64,000 nt of DNA from an uncultured Acidobacteriota bacterium (GTDB lineage: Bacteria > Acidobacteriota > UBA6911): assembly GCA_963843575.1 (NCBI GenBank), contig CAWJKZ010000014.1, forward strand, positions 608,001-672,000. The letters run 5' to 3'. The position numbers and the translations under genes are program-made. Every line of letters begins with the position of its first letter. Within the stretch, counting starts at the first letter, position 1. The notes beneath the pieces were generated by a model, which saw only the letters and a program-made list of their open reading frames with translations, searched no databases and was not told the origin of the DNA. This document shows positions 1-9,033 of the stretch, piece by piece.

Positions 1-78
1 CACGAGGCCGTGCAACCACGGGCGAAAGATCAACACCGCTGCGAAGGCAGCCAGACCGAACCACTTCCAACGTGTCAT
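1..78 (-). CDS. 5' end of a gene running off the window (N-terminal signal/TM segment)
   Basis: ATG at 78 reads MTRWKWFGLAAFAAVLIFRPWLHGLV to the window edge, a hydrophobic N-terminus divergent from the next gene. Confidence 0.5.
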   Translation of the reverse strand, partial: MTRWKWFGLAAFAAVLIFRPWLHGLV

Positions 79-290
79 CAAGGGCTTGCCGGGCGCATCC
101 TTCCCTAGCGGGAGAAATTGCTGTTCCATATCAGGCTGGAATTATAGGGCCAAACAGCTCGACACCCCCCACAATTCGACGGCCACAAGGGTGGCACGCC
201 CGCGGGCGCCAAATCGTTTGTGTCGGAGCCGCTTCCTGACTAGAATCACCGCGGGGAAGGCGTACTGTGCAATTCTATCTGGAGACAGAA

Positions 291-1052
291 ATGAAAATCG
301 CGCTCACTTCAAGGCTCATTCCGATCCTTCTGTGCGGCCTGGCCATCGCAGCGGCGCAGCCGGCGCCTGCCGCCGCCCAGGGACTGTTCAGCAAAGACCT
401 CACGCTCCACGAAACCACCACCGGAGGAATGGGGGGCGGTACCAACGTCACCACCACCACCTATCTAAGCGACAACGCCATGAAGCGCTCGTCTTCGGAC
501 GGGAACGACACCATCATCCGCTTCGACACGGGAACCATGATCTCGATCGATCACAAGAAAAAGACCTACACCGAAATGACCATGGCGGAACTGCAGGCCA
601 TGCTCGACAAGGCCGCCGGGGCGATGCAGCAAATGGACGGCGAGACAGCAGCGGCGATGCGGAAGATGATGGGCGGCGGCAACGGCAACATCTCGTTCTC
701 GGTTGCCAAGGTTGGGCCGGGCGAGCCAATTGCCGGGTACGCCACGGAAAAATACCTGGTGAAGGGGCCCGTCGAGATGGAAATCTGGGCGGCTCCCGAC
801 GTGAAGGTCCCGGCCGCCTATTACGACGCCATGAAAGCGCGGATGAGACCCAATCCCCTTTTCGACATGGCCAAGATGTACGACGAGTTCAAGAAGATCA
901 ACGGCATGGCGCTCAAGAGCGTTTCCACAATGAAGATGATGGGCCGGGAGATGACCACGACCACGATCGTCAATTCCGTCGAAAAGGGTCCGGTCCCCGC
1001 GTCGACATTCGCCGTCCCTGCCGGCTACAAAAAGGTTTCGATGAAGGACTAG
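291..1052 (+). CDS. Secreted DUF4412-like protein
   Basis: GGAG SD before ATG 291; signal peptide; IDHKKKTY and GEPIAGYATEKY motifs; C-terminal VPASTFAVPAGYKKV; Met-rich. Confidence 0.75.
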   Translation: MKIALTSRLIPILLCGLAIAAAQPAPAAAQGLFSKDLTLHETTTGGMGGGTNVTTTTYLSDNAMKRSSSDGNDTIIRFDTGTMISIDHKKKTYTEMTMAELQAMLDKAAGAMQQMDGETAAAMRKMMGGGNGNISFSVAKVGPGEPIAGYATEKYLVKGPVEMEIWAAPDVKVPAAYYDAMKARMRPNPLFDMAKMYDEFKKINGMALKSVSTMKMMGREMTTTTIVNSVEKGPVPASTFAVPAGYKKVSMKD

Positions 1053-1455
1053 CGGCTGCTCAATTCAGGGCGGGCCCTCCGCGCCGCCCTGATCGATTCC
1101 TCCCGGGATCAAGGCTTGCGCATCATCTCGTGGCGGCGCAATTCGGACTCCGTGCAGGGCTTTCACCCGGGTATCCTGTCGCCCTGTGCCACGCGATACC
1201 CGGGAGAAACAGCAGTCGCAGATCCTCGCCCGCGCTGAAGAACTCCCAGTCCGCCTTCACCTCGTCCGTGACCTTGTGATTGTCCCGCAGGGTGTACTCT
1301 TCCCGTTTCCGCATGCCGCAGTCCGGATCCTTCCCTTCGAATTCCGTCCGACGCACCTCAAAAGCACGTTGCGGGTGGCCCAGCACGACCTATAATTGCC
1401 CGGCGTTTAATACCCCGGCGTCGCATTCGACGGAGCAAGACAACGAGGAGGGACG

Positions 1456-1785
1456 ATGGGTTCACCCACTGCCGTTTATGTCGGGATCAAAGGGTGTGTT
1501 CTCGCGCTGGACCGGGCGACAGGAACTGAAATCTGGCGCGCGGCGCTTAAAGGGAGCGATTTCGTCAACGTCACGGCAAGCGGCGGCGATCTTCTGGCCA
1601 CCACCCGGGGCGAAATATACTGCCTGGACAGCGCGACGGGCCACGTTCACTGGCACAATCCATTGAGAGGCTTGGGATTCGGCCTCTGTACCGTCGCTCC
1701 AGCCGAGGGCCTGCAAACCCCCGTGGCCGCCGCAAAACGGCGCAGGGACGAGGCGGCCGCCGCTTCCGCCGCCGCTGCCAGCTGA
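1456..1785 (+). CDS. Small PQQ-like beta-propeller repeat protein
   Basis: GGAGG SD; two ALDxATGxxxW-type repeats (ALDRATGTEIW, CLDSATGHVHW); Ala-rich tail. Confidence 0.75.
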   Translation: MGSPTAVYVGIKGCVLALDRATGTEIWRAALKGSDFVNVTASGGDLLATTRGEIYCLDSATGHVHWHNPLRGLGFGLCTVAPAEGLQTPVAAAKRRRDEAAAASAAAAS

Positions 1786-1827
1786 CGCCGGCCGGGTTTT
1801 GTCGCGGCGTGTGCCGAGACGAACTCG

Positions 1828-2565
1828 TCAACGAACCGTCGACCCGTCGGCGCTCTCGGAGTGGCCCGGCCACGCCCTGCCACTCGCCAGAGCATAGTAT
1901 CGCGCCGTCCTCGGCAGCTGCGCCCGCAATCCGGCCACGAGGAAACCTCCGGCCACCAGCAGAAACACGCCCAGCCTGAGCCAAGCCAGCTCCATGGGCC
2001 CAAGCCCCAGCCTGCCGCCCAGCCTCCAGGCCGCCCAAATGGCTACCTGCGCGGGCACCACGGTCCACACCCCGATGTAAAACCACGCTTTCTCGGCACC
2101 TTCTCCCTTGGTGGAACGGCGCGCCCGGGGCGTCCAGTCAAGCAAGGTGGCGCATACAACAGCCAGCGCAAGAGGGTAATAGAGCCAGAAATAGAGCTGC
2201 TCCAAAACCCACGCTCCCGTGAAAATCGCAATGACCAGCCCTATCAGATTGAGGGTAAAGGGCACGATGATGGCAATCCAGGCAGCCGTATAGCAGACAA
2301 GGCGATATCCGAGGTTCGGTTGGTCGAGTCCATAGTGCGTAATGTAAGGCCGCGGTTCGACTCCCGGAAGCCTCCCGGCTACCCCCCGCCAGATGCACAC
2401 CGAAACGACTAGAGCCAGCCAAAGCGCGTGCCTGCGGTCGGGGCCGCTAAGGTAAAGCGCGTAGGTCAGATGGCCCGGCAGAATGAAGAACACCCATATC
2501 CAGATGGGGAGGTGGAGGATCCGATAGTAGGTCTTGTTGAGTTCTCGCTGTACGACCTTCTTCAT
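1828..2565 (-). CDS. Hypothetical polytopic membrane protein
   Basis: 245 aa with about six Trp/Tyr-rich hydrophobic segments; AT-rich upstream region 2566-2631. Confidence 0.75.
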   Translation of the reverse strand: MKKVVQRELNKTYYRILHLPIWIWVFFILPGHLTYALYLSGPDRRHALWLALVVSVCIWRGVAGRLPGVEPRPYITHYGLDQPNLGYRLVCYTAAWIAIIVPFTLNLIGLVIAIFTGAWVLEQLYFWLYYPLALAVVCATLLDWTPRARRSTKGEGAEKAWFYIGVWTVVPAQVAIWAAWRLGGRLGLGPMELAWLRLGVFLLVAGGFLVAGLRAQLPRTARYYALASGRAWPGHSESADGSTVR

Positions 2566-2631
2566 ATGTATTATTCCGTTTTATAAATAGTTTAGGTAGA
2601 TCAATCTAAACAATTACATTAACCTTGCTGT

Positions 2632-5160
2632 CTACTTCGCGGGTGCGGCCAGGGACTGCATTTCCTTCTCCAGGTCTCGCGTGATCGACTCTGGATCGCG
2701 CGAGGGGTCGATGCGCATTGGGGCGCCGACGGTGACCGTCACGGCTCCCGGCGCGAACTTCTTTCCCATTCGCTTCAGCTCGAACAAGCCGTCGATCCGG
2801 ATGGTCACGACGGGCAGGTTCAGACTCCTGGCCAGCATCCCTATACCGCTCCGGAAAGGCGACAGCTTCCCATCCTGGGTACGCCGCCCTTCGGGAAACA
2901 CCAGGATAGAGTACCCATTGTCGGCGGACTCCCCGGCAAAGGCGAAACTTTCCCGGAACCCGGTTTGCTGTGGCAGGGGAAAGACGTTGAAAAGGGTCAC
3001 GACGAGGTAATAGGACATCTGTTCGACGAACCGCTTGCGCGGGGGCAGGTCTCGCGGAGGGTTGCGCATCCCTTCGAGCATCTCGCCGAGCATCGCCACC
3101 GCGAGGCGGTGCCGGATGCGCGCGGGAACCGCGGCGAGGATGAAACCGACATCGACCTGAGTGATGTGGTTGGAGACAATCAGGAGCGGACCGGAGACAC
3201 CCCGGAGGTTCTCCCTGCCGCGGACCCGGGGCCAGGCCATGAGCAGGGTTGCGGGGAATGAAACAAGGTAGTAGACCGCGAGCCGAAGTGCAGTGAAGAT
3301 CAAGTTGCGCGGCCACCGGGGATACTGGTAGTCGGAGCGGCGCACGATCGGCTGCCGCAGCATCTTCTCCAGGTCTCCAACCGTGGTAGCCCCAGTGAAT
3401 TTCGACTCGTTGAGGTCGGTCTGGTAGCGGTCTTCGAGCGCGCTGAGAAGTTCCACCCGTTCGATGGAGGTGAGGTTGAGTTCTTCATTCAGGTTCGTGG
3501 ATTCGGAGATCCCCGGACAGCGTCTGGAAGTGATGCGCTCGAGAAGATCCACCAAGGATCCGGAATGGGGAGACGAGTGGGGGCTTGCGTTGCCTGCCTG
3601 GGAACGGACGAAGGCCTCGATCAGGTTGAGCCGGGGCTTCTGGGTAGACGTCCGGGGGAAGTCCTCATCGGGCCACACGTGCCAGCGCCGTATCTGCTGG
3701 AATTCGGCAAGCGACTGGTTGGCGCGCCGGACTGCCGTCTCGGCGTCGCCGTGCACGATCAGGACTGCGCAGGGTTCCGCGTTCTGGTCCCGGCCCAGAC
3801 CGATGACGACGCAGTCGCGTACCTCGGGCTGCTGCCGCAGCGCGGCCTCCAAGTCCTCCGGGTAGATGTTCATGCCTTCGGGGGTGACGATGACGCTCTT
3901 TTTCCGACCCTTGAAATAGAGGTTCCCCTGCTCGTCCAGCTCGCCCATGTCGCCGGTGTGAAACCATCCTTCCTGTTCGAGTACCGGAATGGTCTCACCG
4001 CCCTTCGTGTATGCAGCGGCCACATTCTCGCCGCGCACGAGGATCTCCCCGCTGGCGTCGAGCTTCATTTCGTGCCCGGGCAGGACCTTGCCGATGGACC
4101 CGCGCCCCAGCCTGAACGGGTGGTTGACGCTGACCAGCGAGGTGGTTTCGGTGAGCCCGTACCCCTGGATAACGACGAAGCTGAGCTTCGTCCAGAAGAG
4201 TTCGGTGGCCGAGTCCAGGGCCGCCCCTCCTGAGATGAATGCCCAGAATTTCCAGCCGAACTGGCTGTGGATCCGGCGAAAACGCCACCAGCGCCTGACG
4301 AAATGCTCCCCCTGGGATGCGGCCAGTTGCCGTTCGAACCACTCCAGGCGGCCGGCGGACTCGAAGTCGCGGCGCACCTTCTCCCGCAGGGTCTCCAGCA
4401 GTCTGGGCACGGCGACCAGCACCGAGACACGTTCGCGCCTTATGCTGCGGACTATTTCGGAGGGATTGAGCGTGTCGTGGAACAATACGGTGGCACCCAA
4501 CAGCTGCGGGATGAAAATCCCGAGGAACTGTCCGAAGACGTGGCTGAGGGGGAGCAGGTTTAGGAACCGGAGCGGGTGGAAAAGCCGTTCGTATTTCAGG
4601 TACTTGCTGATCTCCAGCTCGAGTGGCTCCAGGTTTGCCAGCACGTTCCGGTGGGTCAGCACGACTCCCTTGGGGTCCGCGGTGGTGCCTGAGGTGAAGA
4701 CGATCTCGATGGGATCGTCGCGCCGTGCCTCCCCGGGATATGGCGAATCGGGCAGGTGCGCCAGGGATTGTCGGAGCTCGTCCAGCAGCAAAATGGCGGT
4801 GCCTCGGGGGAATTGCTTCTCCTGTTCCCGCGCACAGACGCACAGGCGCGGGCTCACCTGGCTCGCGACCCGGAGGGCAAAGTCAGGGGAGGCGATGCGA
4901 TCCATGGGGACGACCACCGCACCGCGCAAGAGAGAACCCAGGAAGGCGACAACCCACTCGGCGCTGTTGTCTCCCCAGATCAGGACTTTTTCCCCTTTCG
5001 CTACCCCTCGAGTCTCGAGTTCCCTCGCAAAGCGCCTAGCGGTCGAAGCCACCTCTCCGTATGACCACCGCACGGTGCGGTAGCCGCGTCGGTGCGCATA
5101 GGCAATCTCGGATCCCCGCGCGGCGAAATCGTCGAGATAACTGGTAACCGTCTGTCGCAT
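2632..5160 (-). CDS. AMP-binding acyl-activating enzyme fused to ACP and PlsC-type acyltransferase
   Basis: FTSGTTADPKGV, GYGLTE, HTGD and GRKK adenylation motifs; ACP-like LNLTSIERVELL; acyltransferase NHxxxxD (NHITQVD) and FPEGRRT. Confidence 0.9.
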   Translation of the reverse strand: MRQTVTSYLDDFAARGSEIAYAHRRGYRTVRWSYGEVASTARRFARELETRGVAKGEKVLIWGDNSAEWVVAFLGSLLRGAVVVPMDRIASPDFALRVASQVSPRLCVCAREQEKQFPRGTAILLLDELRQSLAHLPDSPYPGEARRDDPIEIVFTSGTTADPKGVVLTHRNVLANLEPLELEISKYLKYERLFHPLRFLNLLPLSHVFGQFLGIFIPQLLGATVLFHDTLNPSEIVRSIRRERVSVLVAVPRLLETLREKVRRDFESAGRLEWFERQLAASQGEHFVRRWWRFRRIHSQFGWKFWAFISGGAALDSATELFWTKLSFVVIQGYGLTETTSLVSVNHPFRLGRGSIGKVLPGHEMKLDASGEILVRGENVAAAYTKGGETIPVLEQEGWFHTGDMGELDEQGNLYFKGRKKSVIVTPEGMNIYPEDLEAALRQQPEVRDCVVIGLGRDQNAEPCAVLIVHGDAETAVRRANQSLAEFQQIRRWHVWPDEDFPRTSTQKPRLNLIEAFVRSQAGNASPHSSPHSGSLVDLLERITSRRCPGISESTNLNEELNLTSIERVELLSALEDRYQTDLNESKFTGATTVGDLEKMLRQPIVRRSDYQYPRWPRNLIFTALRLAVYYLVSFPATLLMAWPRVRGRENLRGVSGPLLIVSNHITQVDVGFILAAVPARIRHRLAVAMLGEMLEGMRNPPRDLPPRKRFVEQMSYYLVVTLFNVFPLPQQTGFRESFAFAGESADNGYSILVFPEGRRTQDGKLSPFRSGIGMLARSLNLPVVTIRIDGLFELKRMGKKFAPGAVTVTVGAPMRIDPSRDPESITRDLEKEMQSLAAPAK

Positions 5161-5364
5161 AAGAGAATGAATTCTACGCGATCATGCTGACGCGATCACG
5201 ACAAGATCGCATGGGACCGCGCACATCCTGCAAGGATGTCCGGGACGCCGTGGCGCGGCGGGTGCCGGGCTGCAGGAAACACGCGGGAAGTGCCGGGCGC
5301 CGCCCGCGGGGCAGTCTGATTCAGTCAGTCTCCGCCGGCGGCCGCCGCCGCGCTGCAGAAGGGA

Positions 5365-5901
5365 TCATAGGGCGCGCACGTCGGACGCATCGATCTCGAT
5401 GGAAACGGCCTGCCGGATGAGATCGACTTTGAGAACAAAGCGGAAGCGCCCCTTCTTCTGGACGAGGATGCCCTGGATTCCCTTCAAGGGACCGGCGACG
5501 ATTTCGACGCGGCGGCCGATCTGCATGTAGGGGTAGGGATCGACCGAGATACTTACCTCGAGGAAACGCCGGACCGCCTCGATCTGGTTCTCGGGAATGG
5601 GATCAGCGTGGCCCTCGTGACCGACAAACCGTACCGCCCCGGGCAGGTTCAGGATCCGGTACCGATTCTCGGGGGTGTTGACCTGGTTGACGAAGATGTA
5701 TCCCGGGAAGAGCGGCATCCAGATCCGCTTCTTCCTGTCTTTCCACCGGCTCAAGACCTCGCGCATGGGCAGGAAGACTTCAATGGAGCGGTCGGTCAGG
5801 TCCGTGAGCATCTTCTTCTCGAAGCGGCTTCGGGTATAGACCGCATACCACTCCGGGGAATCACTGGCCTTGGCATCATTGCCGGTCACTTCCATTCGCA
5901 T
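5365..5901 (-). CDS. UpxY/RfaH-type NusG-paralog transcription antiterminator
   Basis: WYAVYTRSRFEKK, WKDRKK..PLFPGYIFV (NGN domain); KOW VEIVAGPLKGIQG. Start is 5901 or 5895. Confidence 0.88.
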   Translation of the reverse strand: MRMEVTGNDAKASDSPEWYAVYTRSRFEKKMLTDLTDRSIEVFLPMREVLSRWKDRKKRIWMPLFPGYIFVNQVNTPENRYRILNLPGAVRFVGHEGHADPIPENQIEAVRRFLEVSISVDPYPYMQIGRRVEIVAGPLKGIQGILVQKKGRFRFVLKVDLIRQAVSIEIDASDVRAL

Positions 5902-6071
5902 ACCCAAATGAAGTATTGTCCGCCTGAGAGGTTGCCAGGGCTTAGAGCGAACGACAGACCCTGGTACACCGGGAACTGTGCCGGAGCGCGCCCGAATATA
6001 GCACACAACATCGGGCCGTCAAACCCTTCGGGTCTGGGGTTCCGTGCAGAAAGGCCGCAATCTAGGGAGGT

Positions 6072-7058
6072 TTGGTGAATCGGTCGAGGGTCGTGAACGC
6101 ACTGGCCGCGGGCGCGCTCGAGGAAGCCTCCGCGATCATAAGGCGCGGAGGGGTCGTCGCATTTCCGACGGAAACGGTGTACGGGCTCGGGGCGGACGCG
6201 ACCAACCCCGTCGCCGTGGCGCGAGTTTTCGAGCTGAAGCGACGCCCTTCGTTCGACCCCCTCATCGTCCACGTAGCCGATCCCGGCTCGGCGAGGGTTT
6301 ACGGTGACCTCGACCAGCGGCATGCCAATGAGCTGATCCAACGGTTCTGGCCCGGTCCCCTGACGCTCGTGGTGCCGCGCAAGGCTACGGTGCCGGGCAT
6401 CGTCACTGCCGGGCTCGATACCGTGGCGATACGGATGCCCGCACACGAAACCGCCATCTCCCTGATCCGCTCCGTCGGCAGCGCGATTGCGGCCCCCAGC
6501 GCCAACCTCTTCGGGCATGTGAGCCCAACGACCGCCGCCCACGTCTGCGAGCAGCTGCCCGATGTGGACCTCATCCTCGACGGGGGAGCGTGCCCGGTCG
6601 GGGTGGAGTCGACGATCATTGCCCTCGGCGGGCCCGAGCCGAGGCTCCTCCGACCCGGGGGCGTTTCGGTGGAGGAGATCGAGAGGGTGGTTGGGCCCGT
6701 TCGGCTGGATTCCAGCACCCCTGAAGTCCCCCTCAGCCCAGGTCAGCTCTCCAGGCACTATGCAACGCGCACGCGCCTCGAGATTGTTGAGGAGGAGGAT
6801 CTTGCGGCTGAAACGGGGCCACGGGATAACGTGGGGGTACTTGCGTTGAAATGCCCGCGGCACCCCGGCAGGTATGCAGCGGTCGAAGTCCTGTCGGAGT
6901 CCCGCGACTTGAGGGAGGCCGCGGCGAACCTGTTTTCCTCCCTGCGCCGACTGGACCAGCTCGCACTGGACCGTATCCTCGCCGTCCGAGTACCCGAAGA
7001 GGGTTTGGGGCTCGCCATCATGGACAGGCTCCGTCGCTGTTCCGCCGGGCGGGATTGA
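6072..7058 (+). CDS. tsaC: L-threonylcarbamoyladenylate synthase (Sua5 type)
   Basis: VAFPTETVYGLGA, KRRPSFDPLIVH, AAPSAN, GVESTI; SUA5 C-terminal domain (SPGQLSRHY, AIMDRLRR). Confidence 0.95.
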   Translation: MVNRSRVVNALAAGALEEASAIIRRGGVVAFPTETVYGLGADATNPVAVARVFELKRRPSFDPLIVHVADPGSARVYGDLDQRHANELIQRFWPGPLTLVVPRKATVPGIVTAGLDTVAIRMPAHETAISLIRSVGSAIAAPSANLFGHVSPTTAAHVCEQLPDVDLILDGGACPVGVESTIIALGGPEPRLLRPGGVSVEEIERVVGPVRLDSSTPEVPLSPGQLSRHYATRTRLEIVEEEDLAAETGPRDNVGVLALKCPRHPGRYAAVEVLSESRDLREAAANLFSSLRRLDQLALDRILAVRVPEEGLGLAIMDRLRRCSAGRD

Positions 7059-7250
7059 CTCGTCCGGCGCTTCCGGGGACGCGCCTCCGTCTCTCATGTC
7101 TTCGTTCGGGCGGGAAGTATCGCGTATCCGTTGGGCGGGGCGCCGCGCCGTCAACCGGTCCGGCCTTCGCGCCGGCAGGCTCCGGGCATTGAAGTTTTTG
7201 TCTCGCAGCGAGGTATTGTCGGGTAAAGTAACCGCGGAGCCGCGTGACCG

Positions 7251-7745
7251 ATGCCCATCGATTGTGACGAAATCCTGCCGGGAATTCTCTGGGTGGGGAC
7301 TTTCGTCCGCCCCGGTGAGATCGATGGCCTGCTGGAGAGACACATTACGACGGTGGTCAGCCTCCAAACCGATGGGAACTTCGCCTATTGCGGAGTTTCG
7401 GCCGATCAACTGACCCGGGCGCTGTCTGCGGCCGGCATTGCGCTTCGGCGTGTCCCGGTCGAGGACTTCAGCGCCGATCTGCTCGCCAGAAAACTGCCGG
7501 AATGCGTGGTAGTCCTGGCGGGCGCGCTCGCCCCGGAAGGAGCCCGCGTCTACCTTCACTGCACCGCGGGCATGAACCGGTCCCCGACGGTTGCGGCAGG
7601 CTACCTGATCCAGGCGCGGGGCGCCACTGCCCGACTGGCCCATGATTATGTGAGGACGCGCCGCCGGTGCAGACCCTACCTCTCGGTACTCGAGCAATTC
7701 GAGGAATACACGAAACAGCGGGATTCGGGACCAAGTAAGCCCTGA
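7251..7745 (+). CDS. Dual-specificity phosphatase, glucan-phosphatase (SEX4/LSF2)-like
   Basis: HCTAGMNRS catalytic CX5R loop; VEDF general-acid loop. Confidence 0.85.
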   Translation: MPIDCDEILPGILWVGTFVRPGEIDGLLERHITTVVSLQTDGNFAYCGVSADQLTRALSAAGIALRRVPVEDFSADLLARKLPECVVVLAGALAPEGARVYLHCTAGMNRSPTVAAGYLIQARGATARLAHDYVRTRRRCRPYLSVLEQFEEYTKQRDSGPSKP

Positions 7746-7772
7746 TTCTCTCGAAGGAGCCCAAAGCCCCAC

Positions 7773-8768
7773 ATGGCAAACAGTATCGGCAGTCCCCTTC
7801 TCGTGACCCTGTTCATCGTGGTTGTCCTTTTCCTGCTGTCGCTCGATCTCGGGGTTTTTCACAAGAGGGCACACGTGGTCGGAGTCCGCGAGGCCTTCCT
7901 CTGGAGTATCGCCTGGGTCGTGCTCTCGGTCTCATTCGGAGCGTGGGTGTATTGGCGCTTCGGGTCGAAGGCCGGCCTGGAATTCTATGCAGGGTACCTG
8001 ATCGAGTATGCCCTGAGCATGGACAACGTTTTCGTCTTTATCCTGATTTTTTCGTACTTTTCGGTGCCCCGCCTGTTGCACCACCGCGTCCTGTTCTGGG
8101 GAATACTCGGCGCTCTCGTCATGCGCGCCTCGTTTATCCTGGCGGGGGCGGCGCTCCTGCAGGCGTTCCATTGGGTGATCTACTTGTTCGGTGTGTTCCT
8201 GGTCTACACCGGGTTTAAGATCCTGCACCATGGCGACACGAAGGTAGAGCCGAGGAAGAATCCTGTGGTGCGGCTTTTCCAGAAACTTGTCCCGATCGAA
8301 TCAGGCTACCAGTCGGGCGGCTTTTTCGTCAAGCAGGCGGGGCGCTGGGCAGCCACCCCGCTTGCCCTGGTCCTCGTCACGGTCGAAACGACGGATCTCG
8401 TGTTTGCAGTCGACTCCATTCCCGCCATTTTCGCGGTCACCAACGACCCTTTCATAGTCTATACATCGAACATCTGCGCCATCCTCGGGCTGCGATCCAT
8501 GTATTTTCTGCTCGCGGCCGTCGTGGGCCGGTTTGCTTATCTTTCCACGGGATTGGGAGTTGTGCTGATGTATGTGGGCTGGAAGATGCTGCTTGCCGAC
8601 ATCTACCATATCCCGATCGCCGCCTCGCTGGCGGTTGTGGCGGTCGTCCTGGTCGGCTCGATCGTGCTGTCGGTCTGCTGGCCGCCGCGGAACCGGCCCG
8701 ATTCTTCAATTCCCGAAGACGGTTTGATAACATCGAATGCCCGGGATGATCATAAGGAGGAACCCTAG
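7773..8768 (+). CDS. TerC/Alx family membrane protein
   Basis: GYLIEYALSMDNVFVF, RVLFWGILGALVMR, DLVFAVDSIPAI, SNICAILGLRSMYF. Confidence 0.93.
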   Translation: MANSIGSPLLVTLFIVVVLFLLSLDLGVFHKRAHVVGVREAFLWSIAWVVLSVSFGAWVYWRFGSKAGLEFYAGYLIEYALSMDNVFVFILIFSYFSVPRLLHHRVLFWGILGALVMRASFILAGAALLQAFHWVIYLFGVFLVYTGFKILHHGDTKVEPRKNPVVRLFQKLVPIESGYQSGGFFVKQAGRWAATPLALVLVTVETTDLVFAVDSIPAIFAVTNDPFIVYTSNICAILGLRSMYFLLAAVVGRFAYLSTGLGVVLMYVGWKMLLADIYHIPIAASLAVVAVVLVGSIVLSVCWPPRNRPDSSIPEDGLITSNARDDHKEEP

Positions 8769-8989
8769 TGCCGCTCTACGAATACGAGTGCCGTAGCTGC
8801 AATGCGCGTTTTGAGAAGCTGGTGTATAACAACGGGACGCAAGTCGCGTGCCGCGAGTGCGGCGCGACGAATGTCGTGCAGTTGCTGTCCACCTTCGCGG
8901 TCGGAAGCTCGAGCGGCAAACTGCCGGCCGAGCCAGGGCCCTGCGGATCGTGCGGCGCAGCCCAGCGCGGGCTGTGCAACGTGAACTGA
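8768..8989 (+). CDS. FmdB family zinc-ribbon protein
   Basis: MPLYEYECRSC...CRECG; the GTG start overlaps the TerC stop codon. Confidence 0.9.
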   Translation: MPLYEYECRSCNARFEKLVYNNGTQVACRECGATNVVQLLSTFAVGSSSGKLPAEPGPCGSCGAAQRGLCNVN

Positions 8990-9033
8990 TCGCGGGTCGA
9001 TTCCGGCGCGCTCTGGGACGCGAGCACTTTCGA

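Noticed and set aside
7746-7772. yybP-ykoY Mn riboswitch before TerC
   Set aside because: Only a 27-bp gap; no room and no consensus.
5886-7874. Long antisense or alternate-frame ORFs (also 14455-15852, 21067-22326, 27048-28409, 37859-39397, 43063-44499, 56939-58327)
   Set aside because: Shadow ORFs expected in high-GC DNA opposite well-supported genes; no motifs.
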